UHGV virus genome: UHGV-0195847
Reading direction: 5' to 3' (one strand)
DNA from: a virus
Length of the DNA stretch: 39,909 nt
Of this stretch, positions 8,087-16,950 are shown in pieces (position 1 is the stretch's first letter; every line of letters starts with the position of its first letter). Under the pieces are notes generated by a model, which worked only from the letters and a program-made list of their open reading frames with translations, was not told the DNA's origin and did not search any database. The position numbers and the translations under genes are program-made.

Positions 8087-8314
8087 ATGAGGATGAAAAC
8101 ATATAAAGTGTTTTTAACAAGGAGTAGGGAAGCGTCCAGCCTTCTGGCAGATGCTCTTTGGGAACAGTATAAGCAGAATGAAGGATGTTCAAGTGGCTTT
8201 GGTTGTGCTGATAATGATGACCGGATTCCTGTATTGTATTACAACTGTGGTTATTTTTACGCGATGGTCGAGTATGAGAGTGAAAGACCAAAGTATGAGC
8301 TGATATTTGCATAG
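8087..8314 (+). CDS. Hypothetical early protein
   Basis: 75 aa. RBS GAGAGGAGGA. Confidence 0.45.
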   Translation: MRMKTYKVFLTRSREASSLLADALWEQYKQNEGCSSGFGCADNDDRIPVLYYNCGYFYAMVEYESERPKYELIFA

Positions 8315-8331
8315 AAGGGAGGTGAGGAGAA

Positions 8332-8517
8332 ATGTTTGGAGACATAAAGAGCATTGCGGAGCTGGCGGTCAGGGATTGGTGCCGTTCCATCGGACTGGAC
8401 ATGCATTATATCAAGCTGGGCATGGATGGCAACGAGGCCATGATAGAGGACGATATCGGCAACACGCTGCGGCTGGTATATGACAACGATACCAAGTCTG
8501 TCTATGTCAAAGAGTAA
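8332..8517 (+). CDS. Hypothetical early protein
   Basis: 61 aa. RBS GAAGGGAGGTGAGG. Confidence 0.45.
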   Translation: MFGDIKSIAELAVRDWCRSIGLDMHYIKLGMDGNEAMIEDDIGNTLRLVYDNDTKSVYVKE

Positions 8518-8530
8518 GGAGGTGGCAGCC

Positions 8531-8656
8531 ATGGAGCCAGTGACATGCCGGAGCTGCCGGCGGCGGAATAAGTGTCCGGAGTACAGCCGAATGATGCTGT
8601 GCCGGTCATACAAAAAATGGACCCCAGACGGGTGGAGCCGTCCGAAGGTCCGGTAA
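8531..8656 (+). CDS. Small Cys-rich hypothetical protein (41 aa)
   Basis: MEPVTCRSCRRRNKCPEY..., RBS GTAAGGAGGTGG. Not in ORF track (<60 aa). Confidence 0.3.
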   Translation: MEPVTCRSCRRRNKCPEYSRMMLCRSYKKWTPDGWSRPKVR

Positions 8657-8708
8657 TAAAAAAAATCTAATCACCCTCAGTATAAGGGATTTAAAAGGAG
8701 ATTGCAAG

Positions 8709-9065
8709 ATGATAAAAGGAATAATCAGTCATGATTTTGAAGGGAGCCTGGAGGAAATCCGGATTAGTGAAAGCAATGCGGTGTTTGTTATTGCGGCGAA
8801 ACAGACGGAGGAATCGCTGATTGGTACGGAATACTGCATACAAAACATTTCTCTTGCTGATAAGATGAGCCGCCGGGACGCTGTGACTATACTGGCCCGG
8901 TCCGTCAAGGATATGTTAATCAAACTGCATGGTGAGCAGCCGAAGGGGGCTTGTAAGGCCATGGGGAAATTCATGGAAGCCTTCCGGGATGGGGCGAACA
9001 CATACATGCTGGAACATATTGATGAGATTATGGCCGGGAAGGAGGATGAAAAACATGTTCATTAA
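8709..9065 (+). CDS. Hypothetical early protein
   Basis: 118 aa. RBS AAAAGGAG. Confidence 0.5.
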   Translation: MIKGIISHDFEGSLEEIRISESNAVFVIAAKQTEESLIGTEYCIQNISLADKMSRRDAVTILARSVKDMLIKLHGEQPKGACKAMGKFMEAFRDGANTYMLEHIDEIMAGKEDEKHVH

Positions 9066-9690
9066 CAGCACTCAGTTAAAGAAGCTGATGAAGCGGGATT
9101 TTAAAGAAGTAAGGCTTACAATCGGGAATTTGGATGGTGGTTATTCTGTCCTGGGAAGTACCTGGGCGGTACATATCATGCATGATGGGATGCCGAATAT
9201 CGTGAAATCACTCATCATCGAGTTGGCCGGAATCCTTCCTGCTGAAGGGGAAATCCTCACGATTTCCAAGGAGAACCCAAGCCCACAGTATGAGATGGAT
9301 ACCGGAGAAGGCCGTAGCATCCATCTGATCCAGCGGTACCGGATATCCGGGCGTCCGGCCTTCTGGACCAATGTCTATGAGAAACGGAACGATGAACTGT
9401 ATGGCCTGATACAGTCTAACCTTAACGGGGAACTCTGCCATATCAGGAAGGAACTTCTGGACCTGATTGACCTGGAGGCCATCAACCATGACCAGGAGGA
9501 TCTGCCCGGGAACCCCTGCTATAAGGAGGACATGTCTGGTGGCCTCATCTGGCATAACGGGACAACCACGATGCTCCTATTGCCAAGCCGCCAGGATGAC
9601 AGAGTGGCGAATGCTCTTAAGCAGGTCATATTTGACCCGTATCTGGACGGATTTTTAGAAGATGAGGAGGACGAAGATGAAGATAGATGA
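9055..9690 (+). CDS. Hypothetical protein with acidic C-terminal tail
   Basis: 211 aa from ATG 9055 (RBS GGAAGGAGGA). C-terminus EDEEDEDEDR. Confidence 0.5.
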   Translation: MFINSTQLKKLMKRDFKEVRLTIGNLDGGYSVLGSTWAVHIMHDGMPNIVKSLIIELAGILPAEGEILTISKENPSPQYEMDTGEGRSIHLIQRYRISGRPAFWTNVYEKRNDELYGLIQSNLNGELCHIRKELLDLIDLEAINHDQEDLPGNPCYKEDMSGGLIWHNGTTTMLLLPSRQDDRVANALKQVIFDPYLDGFLEDEEDEDEDR

Positions 9691-10300
9691 GACCATGATG
9701 GAAGAGGAGGCCCTGGCCCTGCAGGAACAGGAGTGGGATGTGGTTGTATCCGAGGAGATGGAGAAGACTGCCGCAGCGGACGATGGACAGGAAGCGCCAC
9801 AAGAGAAGAAAGCCTTTGTGATTGATGATGACAATAAGGCAGACTGGGCTATCCGGAAAATAGATGAGGAAAAGCAGGAGTTTAACCGTATCCGGGAGCT
9901 GGCCGAAGAACAGACAGCCAGGATTGAACAGAAGGTTGAGGCGGCAGAGCGGCGTTTCAACCAGAGAACCTCCTATCTGCGTTCCCTCCTTGGCAGCTAT
10001 TTCATGCAGGTTCCCCACCGTAAGACAAAGACACAGGAAAGTTACCGCCTGCTGTCCGGGTCGCTGGTCCTGAAACTGCCGAAGGTCAGGCCTGTCTATG
10101 AAGAGGATGAACTGGTGGAATACTTAAAGGAAAGCGGGATGCCGGATTACATCAAGACGGAGGAAAAAGCAAGGTGGGGAGAATTAAAGAAGCTTCTGGA
10201 CCTGTCCCAGGGAAAACATCCGGTTATCAAGGATACTGGAGAGCTGGTGGAGTGCATCCGGATGGAGGAGACGCCGGCGGAATTCAAGGTGGAGGTGTAG
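9677..10300 (+). CDS. Siphovirus Gp157-like protein (recombination-module accessory)
   Basis: Coiled-coil ADWAIRKIDEEKQEFNRIRELAEEQTARIEQKVEAAERRF pattern. Position directly upstream of the Sak4-like ATPase. Confidence 0.45.
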   Translation: MKIDETMMEEEALALQEQEWDVVVSEEMEKTAAADDGQEAPQEKKAFVIDDDNKADWAIRKIDEEKQEFNRIRELAEEQTARIEQKVEAAERRFNQRTSYLRSLLGSYFMQVPHRKTKTQESYRLLSGSLVLKLPKVRPVYEEDELVEYLKESGMPDYIKTEEKARWGELKKLLDLSQGKHPVIKDTGELVECIRMEETPAEFKVEV

Positions 10301-10303
10301 CGT

Positions 10304-11224
10304 ATGGGAAATTTTCAGGAAGTTGTACGTGCGAAAAGCAAGCTCCGGATGGCGCTCACCGGCGTATCCGGTGCAGGGAAAACCCTGGGCGCCCTGTATA
10401 TAGCATACGGGCTTACCGGGGACTGGAGCAGGATTGCCGTTATTGATACGGAACATGAAAGGGCGCGGATGTATGCGAACAGGATGGACCTTGGGACGGG
10501 AAAGTTCCTGTACTGCCCCCTTTATCCCCCCTATACAGCGGAGCGGTATACGTCTCTGGTGAAGGAGGCCGCGTCTCTTGTCGGACCGGATGGAGCCGTG
10601 ATAGTGGACAGCTTCTCACACGCCTGGAACAACGAGGGAGGTGTACTGGATGTGAAGGACCGGATTGCCGCCCAGGCAGGCAAGAACAGCTATACGGCAT
10701 GGAATGAAGCCGGGAAGGTTCAGAACAGCCTGGTCAACACCATCCTTGCCGTGGGGTGCCACACCATTGTGACCATGCGTTCCAAAATGGATTATGTGAT
10801 GCAGGAGAATGAGCGCGGGAAGACCCAGCCGGTGAAGGTAGGCCTGGCCCCTGTACAGAGGGATGACACAGAGTATGAGTTTGACATCGTCCTGGACATT
10901 GCCAGGAGCCACATTGCTACGGCCAGTAAGGATGTGACCTTCCTGGACAAGTTTGGGGAGATTATCACCCCGGAGCTGGGGCGCCAGCTCAAGGCCTGGC
11001 TGGATGACGGGGTAGACCCGGCACAGTTGCAGGGAGAGAAGCCAATCACGAAGGAACAGTGGACAGAACTGTCAAAACCATACAGGGAGCTCCCGGAAAC
11101 CCTGCAGGCCGCGTATAAGGCCTTTGGATATAACAACCCATCTGAAATACGCCAGAAGGATATAGAACCCATCAAGGCTAAGGCGGCGGAATATGTGGCT
11201 GCAGGAGGTGCTCCCTATGCTTAA
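10304..11224 (+). CDS. Sak4-like AAA_24 family ATPase (RecA-fold recombination protein)
   Basis: Walker A GVSGAGKT. Size and context (Gp157 upstream, RusA/DUF669 downstream) typical of Sak4. Confidence 0.75.
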   Translation: MGNFQEVVRAKSKLRMALTGVSGAGKTLGALYIAYGLTGDWSRIAVIDTEHERARMYANRMDLGTGKFLYCPLYPPYTAERYTSLVKEAASLVGPDGAVIVDSFSHAWNNEGGVLDVKDRIAAQAGKNSYTAWNEAGKVQNSLVNTILAVGCHTIVTMRSKMDYVMQENERGKTQPVKVGLAPVQRDDTEYEFDIVLDIARSHIATASKDVTFLDKFGEIITPELGRQLKAWLDDGVDPAQLQGEKPITKEQWTELSKPYRELPETLQAAYKAFGYNNPSEIRQKDIEPIKAKAAEYVAAGGAPYA

Positions 11225-11663
11225 TGTCATATCGTTTGAAATTCCAGGCCCGGTCCGGGGAAAGGCGCGCCCGCGGGTCACCCATGCAGGGATTACCTAT
11301 ACGCCGAAGGAAACCGTCCAGTATGAGAACCTGGTAAAGCTGTGCTTCCGGGAGGCGGCCGCCTCAGGCACCGTGGATTTGTTCGACAAGCCGGTACGGG
11401 CCCAGCTGGAAGTGTATCATGAGATACCCAAGAGCACCAGCAAAAGCAGGCAGGGCGCCATGCTTCTGGACCGCATCTATCCGACCAAAAAACCGGACGC
11501 GGACAACATTGCCAAGATTGTCCTGGACAGTTTGAACGGAATAGCCTATAAGGATGATTCCCAGGTGGTGGAGCTGATTGTGAATAAGACATACAGCAAG
11601 AGGGGACAGCCATACGTGTTTGTCAGACTCTCCGCCATGCCGGAAGGGAGGCTGGAACCGTGA
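11217..11663 (+). CDS. rusA: RusA-family Holliday junction resolvase
   Basis: KPDADNIAKIVLDSLNGIAYKDDSQV catalytic acidic motif. 148 aa. Confidence 0.8.
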   Translation: MLNVISFEIPGPVRGKARPRVTHAGITYTPKETVQYENLVKLCFREAAASGTVDLFDKPVRAQLEVYHEIPKSTSKSRQGAMLLDRIYPTKKPDADNIAKIVLDSLNGIAYKDDSQVVELIVNKTYSKRGQPYVFVRLSAMPEGRLEP

Positions 11664-13069
11664 GGATAACCGTGGACAGCGTGATTTGCATGGAACAGCC
11701 GCCGCAGGAGTTCATCACCTGGTGCAACGACCATCTGGTCATGGCCAACCCAGCCTATGCAAAGCTGCTGAACATGGGACACCGTCCATGGAGCATACCG
11801 GCCAGCATCGTATTCTATTCATGGTATGACGGGAGGTTAATCCTGCCCCGGGGACTGCTTAAGGATGTGTGGGACATGTATCCGGACCTGCGCCTGTATG
11901 AACACCGCATGAATAAATGCAGCCCGGTACCGTTCCGGTCGGATATCAGGCTGCGTCCATACCAGGCCCCGGCCATTCAGGCCGTCCGGACTGGAAAACA
12001 GGGAATCATTGTGATGCCCTGCGGGGCCGGGAAGACGGAGACCGCACTGCAGGTGATTGCGGAGCTGGGACAGCCGGCCCTGTGGATCACCCATACCAAT
12101 GACCTGCTAAACCAGTCACTGGAACGGGCCCGGGGAAAGCTGCATCTGCAGGAAGGGGAGTACGGCATCATTGGCGGAGGGAAGTATACCATCGGCAGCC
12201 ACATCACCTTCTCCACGGTCCAGAGCCTTAAGGGTAAGGACCTGGACAGTATCGGCCGCCGGTTTGGGACCGTGGTGGTGGATGAATGCCACCGAGCATT
12301 TATGAGCGATTCCAAACTAGGCATGTTTGAGCATGTGCTGGAGCATCTTCCGGCACTGTACCGGATTGGCGTCACAGCCTCTGAACACCGCTCAGACGGA
12401 CTTATCAAAGGGATGTATTATCTGTTGGGAAAGAAACTGTATGAAGTCAACCAGGAAGAACTGAACCAGGCCGGGAACGTGATTGCGCCAGAAGTGATAG
12501 CAGTCCCGACCGGATACCGGTACCAGGGAGACACAACGCTGGAGTTTGGCGCTATGTTGAGCGATATGGTGGACGCGCCGGAGCGGAATCTGGCCATTAT
12601 GGAATATCTGGCCAATGAAAAACGGCCGGCGCTTGTACTGGGGGACCGCCTGGAGCAGCTGCAGCGCCTGGCCGGGGAGCTGGACGGAATGATGGACGGT
12701 GTAGAGTATATCTGCGGGCAGAGCAGCCGGAAAGCCCGGCAGGCAGCGCTGGAACGCATGAAAGCAGGAGAGTCCCGCGTCCTGTTCGCTACATACTCAC
12801 TGGCTAAGGAAGGGCTTGACATTCCCAGGCTGGAGCAGCTGTACCTGCTGACTCCTCACCGGGACAAGGTGGCCATACAGCAGGCTGTGGGGCGTATCAT
12901 GCGCCCCGCAGAAGGGAAAGGAAAGCCTGTCGTATATGATTTTGTGGACGAACAGGAAGGGCTGTGCATGAGCCAGTACCGGAGCAGGAAAGCTGTATAC
13001 CGGAAGCTGGGGTGCACGATTGATGAAAGCAGGCTTAAGGCATATCAAGTAAAAATAAAAGGAGCGTAA
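11660..13069 (+). CDS. SF2 DEAD/DEAH-box (ResIII-type) DNA helicase
   Basis: Walker A MPCGAGKT, DEAH box VVDECH, motif VI QQAVGRIMR. Confidence 0.85.
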   Translation: MRITVDSVICMEQPPQEFITWCNDHLVMANPAYAKLLNMGHRPWSIPASIVFYSWYDGRLILPRGLLKDVWDMYPDLRLYEHRMNKCSPVPFRSDIRLRPYQAPAIQAVRTGKQGIIVMPCGAGKTETALQVIAELGQPALWITHTNDLLNQSLERARGKLHLQEGEYGIIGGGKYTIGSHITFSTVQSLKGKDLDSIGRRFGTVVVDECHRAFMSDSKLGMFEHVLEHLPALYRIGVTASEHRSDGLIKGMYYLLGKKLYEVNQEELNQAGNVIAPEVIAVPTGYRYQGDTTLEFGAMLSDMVDAPERNLAIMEYLANEKRPALVLGDRLEQLQRLAGELDGMMDGVEYICGQSSRKARQAALERMKAGESRVLFATYSLAKEGLDIPRLEQLYLLTPHRDKVAIQQAVGRIMRPAEGKGKPVVYDFVDEQEGLCMSQYRSRKAVYRKLGCTIDESRLKAYQVKIKGA

Positions 13070-13073
13070 TGAT

Positions 13074-13544
13074 ATGAAAGTAGATTATAACAACACGGAA
13101 CCTGGAAGGATAGCACCAGGACAGTATGAGGTAACCGTTGCGGCGTTTGATGTAGTGACCAGCACCAATGGAAACCAGCAGGTAGCACTGGACTATGAGA
13201 TACGTAAGGATGTGCAGCAGGAGTCCCAGGGGATGCGCATCCGGTTTGACCGGTTCACGTTTACAGACAATGCGGCATGGAAGATAAACTTGATTGCAAA
13301 GGCAACGGGTGTGCCGGATGGCTATGACTTCCCGTCCCCGGAGTGGTTCGGCAAGGTGATGATGCATCGGAGCTTTCTGGCCACGGTAGAGGAACGGACC
13401 TATAACGGGAAGACATTTCCCAATGTGACGCGGTTCGACCCATCCAGGCAGCCGGCAGCCCAGCCGGAACTGCCCGTGGATGTCGGGGGAGGGTTCACCC
13501 ATATCCCGGATAAGGTACAGGACGAGGGCCTGCCATTTAATTAA
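13074..13544 (+). CDS. DUF669-like phage protein (putative ssDNA-binding partner of Sak4)
   Basis: 156 aa. Position and size as DUF669 in Sak4 modules. Confidence 0.45.
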   Translation: MKVDYNNTEPGRIAPGQYEVTVAAFDVVTSTNGNQQVALDYEIRKDVQQESQGMRIRFDRFTFTDNAAWKINLIAKATGVPDGYDFPSPEWFGKVMMHRSFLATVEERTYNGKTFPNVTRFDPSRQPAAQPELPVDVGGGFTHIPDKVQDEGLPFN

Positions 13545-13583
13545 TACTCAGGCCGGGAACCCGGCCATCAGGAGCAGAGCGGA

Positions 13584-15359
13584 ATGAATAAAACCATATT
13601 TGACAACATGATACGGACAGAGCCGGGTGAGGACCGCCTGCTTTTCATCAACGATGATGTGACACTGTGCGGACAGATTATCGCCGCCGGCCGGAAGGCG
13701 GTATTCATTGGAAGGGACCAGATGACGGAGCAGTACTTTACCCTGGAAAGTTTCCGGAAGTACATGGAGGAGAAGGCCAACACGGGAACCTGTATGTGTG
13801 ATTATACATACGTGCTGGCCTGTTACCGCAAAGGGGTAAACGAAGAAATCAGGGAACTTCTCCGGCGCGTAGGCGGCATCACATACCAAGAGGATGGCTG
13901 GAAGCTGTTCCGCGGAAAGGAATATCTGTCCCTTCCGGAAAACCTGGAGGAGCTGAAGGAGTGCCTGCAGCGGTATGCGCAGCGCCTCACCGGCCCGGGC
14001 AGTGAGGTTCAGTTTAAACGCCAGTTCCATCAGCTGGACAAATACGGCAACCCCAGGCGCGTCATTGACAAGGCCGTGGTGGATTACCTGATGCAGGAAA
14101 TGGACATGTTCGCCATGAACGGGGTTCTGTACCTTTATGAGTGCGGGGTGTTCCGCGAGGACCGGGACGGGACGCGCATCAAGAATCGGATACAGGAACT
14201 GCTGTACACGGAATTTATTAAGTCAACTGCGCTGAATCAGATATTCAACCTGCTGCTGATTCAGGAGGACATCCAGCGGGAGTTTACGGACCTGAACCGG
14301 TACCCGGTTACATGGATTAATTTTAAAAACGGCATGTATGATGTGGTGGAGCATAAGCTCCGGCCGCACAGGAAGGAATATTTCTCCATCAATCAGATCC
14401 CTCATGAGATTTATCCGGACCTGGATTTGGAAAACGAATGGCGGTTTACAGACCGGTTCCTGACAGAGATATCTGCGGGGCCGGATGACCGCCGGATGCT
14501 GCTGCAGTATCTTGGCTACTGCATGACCCGGGATACCAGGCAGCAGAAGTTTATGATCATCAAGGGTACCGGCGGTACGGGTAAGAGCCGTATTATCAAC
14601 CTGTTTGAGACAATCATAGGAGGGGACAACTGTTCCAACATCCCGCTGCAGGACCTCAACAAAAGGTTCTACGCGACCAATCTGTACTGCCAGCTTTTAA
14701 ATTCATGCGCGGATATTCCTTCCAGCGCCATGGACAGTATTGATGTGATTAAGAAGGCCACAGGCGAGGACGCGCTGATGTATGAAAAAAAGGGACGTGA
14801 CCCGGTGACCTTCCGCAGCTACGCAAAGCTGCTTTTCTCCGCGAACAAGATACCGCTCAATCTGGACGAGAAGTCAGATGCGTATTACCGGCGCCTTCTC
14901 ATCTTTGAGATGAACAAGAAGCCGCAGAAGAAAGACTATGGACTGGACGAGAAGCTGGCAGCGGAGGTGGGCTGTACGATTCTGGCAGCGGTGAACGCCC
15001 TGGGAGAGATGTACACAAGTGAGAATGGTGAACTGAAGGCATCAAGGAACAGTGAACGGCTGGTGAATGAATTATACAAGGAGGCGGACAGCGGGAAGGC
15101 ATTCCTGGAGGACTGCCTTCAGAAGACGCCGGGGGGAAGGATTAAGCGGAGCGACCTGTTTGAGGAATACAGGCGGTACTGCGAGGAAAATGAGCGCGTC
15201 ATCTATAAGAAGAATATATTCTTTTCAAATCTGCGGGAAAAGGGGTTTGAGGAAGTGAAAGTCAAAGGGATCATGTATTTTGTTGGGATTGAACTGAAAA
15301 GCGATTTTATCCAGGTGGATGAAAATGAACAGCAGACGCTCCCATTCCCTCAAATGTAG
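13584..15359 (+). CDS. Phage/plasmid P4-family primase C-terminal domain / D5-like NTPase
   Basis: Walker A KGTGGTGKS, Walker B LLIFEMNK. 591 aa. Replication-module context. Confidence 0.8.
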   Translation: MNKTIFDNMIRTEPGEDRLLFINDDVTLCGQIIAAGRKAVFIGRDQMTEQYFTLESFRKYMEEKANTGTCMCDYTYVLACYRKGVNEEIRELLRRVGGITYQEDGWKLFRGKEYLSLPENLEELKECLQRYAQRLTGPGSEVQFKRQFHQLDKYGNPRRVIDKAVVDYLMQEMDMFAMNGVLYLYECGVFREDRDGTRIKNRIQELLYTEFIKSTALNQIFNLLLIQEDIQREFTDLNRYPVTWINFKNGMYDVVEHKLRPHRKEYFSINQIPHEIYPDLDLENEWRFTDRFLTEISAGPDDRRMLLQYLGYCMTRDTRQQKFMIIKGTGGTGKSRIINLFETIIGGDNCSNIPLQDLNKRFYATNLYCQLLNSCADIPSSAMDSIDVIKKATGEDALMYEKKGRDPVTFRSYAKLLFSANKIPLNLDEKSDAYYRRLLIFEMNKKPQKKDYGLDEKLAAEVGCTILAAVNALGEMYTSENGELKASRNSERLVNELYKEADSGKAFLEDCLQKTPGGRIKRSDLFEEYRRYCEENERVIYKKNIFFSNLREKGFEEVKVKGIMYFVGIELKSDFIQVDENEQQTLPFPQM

Positions 15360-15647
15360 GAAGGGGGCAGCAGGGGGCAATTAGGGGGCAGTAAAGGGGG
15401 CAAAAACAGGAATGCTCTGTTAGCCTGCAAAGCCTTGTATTTACATACTTTTTTAAAGATAGGGGGCAAAAGGGGCAGTATATATTCTTTCGGTTTAAAA
15501 AATCAATAAATATATAATAAATATAGAATAACTTTTCTTTTGCCCCTTTTGCCCCCCCAATGCAGAAACTCCTTGTAAATACGTTGTTTTTGGGGGGGCA
15601 TTTTTAATTCCCGTTTTTGCCCCACATACCTTGAAAGGAGTGTTTTG
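15360..15647. repeat. Iteron array plus AT-rich core: putative phage replication origin
   Basis: GGGGGCA direct repeats at 15363, 15373, 15384, 15396, 15462 (spacing 10-12 bp). AT-rich 15481-15540. Inverted TGCCCC/TGCCCCCCC copies at 15541, 15550, 15618, and GGGGGGGCA at 15592. Confidence 0.6.
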
Positions 15648-16238
15648 ATGATTTTATCAGACCAGTTGAAAGAAGTCAAGCGTCTGGATCAGATACGGAT
15701 GAAAAACGAACAGATGGTGCCCAGAGAGGAGCTGCAGGGGAAGTACCGGGAGCCTTATGAAAAGCTTCTGAATCATCTGTCCAACCAGAATAAGAAAGCC
15801 GTTGCGTACTGCAGGCAGGTATTTGGCAGGGCTATTGAATGTTTGGAGCGGGGAATGGGAATGTACAACCCCGATGAACTGTATGAAATGATGAGGGAAT
15901 ACTACGAACCCGGCTCCGGTGATCCATTTGAAGCAGGGGTGTTGAAAGCAGTGTATGAGGCACTGGAGGACAGGGACCGGGAAGACGATGGAGGATACGC
16001 GGTAAGCCACGAAATAAGCAAAAGAGGAATGTGCGGATATTGCGGAAAGAAGGAAGCCACCCAGTTATGCGATATGCCGAAGCATACGATAGCTGTGGGG
16101 ATACGAAGAAGCTATGTAAAGACCTGTGACAACCCTATGTGTTCAGACTGCGCAACAAGGTTTAGGGGATTTGAGCTTTGCCCGGACTGTGTGAAGGAAC
16201 TGGAGGTAAGCCTGCGGCAGGAGGAAGAAAACCAATGA
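15648..16238 (+). CDS. Hypothetical protein with C-terminal Cys-rich zinc-ribbon region
   Basis: 196 aa. CGYCGKK...CDNPMCSDC...CPDC. RBS GAAAGGAG. Confidence 0.5.
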   Translation: MILSDQLKEVKRLDQIRMKNEQMVPREELQGKYREPYEKLLNHLSNQNKKAVAYCRQVFGRAIECLERGMGMYNPDELYEMMREYYEPGSGDPFEAGVLKAVYEALEDRDREDDGGYAVSHEISKRGMCGYCGKKEATQLCDMPKHTIAVGIRRSYVKTCDNPMCSDCATRFRGFELCPDCVKELEVSLRQEEENQ

Positions 16239-16402
16239 TAAGGATTATATGTGATACGAAAAGTGAGAAGCAGAAAATAAGCAGGATCCTACGGTTAGGG
16301 GAGGCTGTGTTACTGTCGGTAGATTGTATTATTAAGCAGGAAATATGGGAAGGAAACAAAAAGGGATTAATCCAGTGGGAGGTTAGGAATGATGAAAGTT
16401 AG
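16235..16402 (+). CDS. Small hypothetical protein (55 aa)
   Basis: ATG after GCAGGAGGAAG. Overlaps the stop of the previous gene. Confidence 0.3.
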   Translation: MIRIICDTKSEKQKISRILRLGEAVLLSVDCIIKQEIWEGNKKGLIQWEVRNDES

Positions 16403-16940
16403 GATATCAATGCCAGGAGCATATATGGTGATGGACATGGATGAGGGCCAGGCGAGGACGGCGTTCCGCAAATTGGCAGAATCACTGTGGCTGATTGGGA
16501 GCAGGGGACAGAAGCTGCAGGAAGGCGTGGCTGTGGCACCGGTTCAGGAATCGACAGAAACAGTCTATCCAGGTCAGGAAAGACAGGAGGCTGAGACAGT
16601 GGTGGAAGCAGCAGGGATTCCGGAAAAGGAAGGCGGAGAACCGGCGCCTAACATCATCTCCGCAGGGTATGGCGGGTATCTGTACATGAAATGCCCTGCC
16701 TGTGGAAAGACCAGGGGATTCTGTGCCAAGACACGGCTGAATCATTACCGGTGCGAATGCGGGGCCGTGACAAGGATGGAGCGTATGGTTCCGCTGTACA
16801 TGAAATGTGAATGCGGCCGGCAGGCCAGGTATCTGACCAACATGACAGAGACTGAATTTGACGTGGACTGCTATGACTGCGGGGCGCCGGTGGCTGTTGC
16901 GTGGAATGAGAAGAAGTGGATATATGAGACGATGAAGTAG
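16392..16940 (+). CDS. Hypothetical protein with duplicated zinc-ribbon motifs
   Basis: Repeats LYMKCPACGK / LYMKCECGRQ plus CYDCG. RBS GGGAGG. Confidence 0.5.
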   Translation: MKVRISMPGAYMVMDMDEGQARTAFRKLAESLWLIGSRGQKLQEGVAVAPVQESTETVYPGQERQEAETVVEAAGIPEKEGGEPAPNIISAGYGGYLYMKCPACGKTRGFCAKTRLNHYRCECGAVTRMERMVPLYMKCECGRQARYLTNMTETEFDVDCYDCGAPVAVAWNEKKWIYETMK

Positions 16941-16950
16941 GAGGGCCGCG

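Noticed and set aside
13548-13583. GGCCGGGAACCCGGCC inverted repeat between DUF669 and primase as a terminator
   Set aside because: No downstream T-run, and it lies within a co-directional operon 20 nt before the primase RBS. More likely a minor structural or regulatory element.
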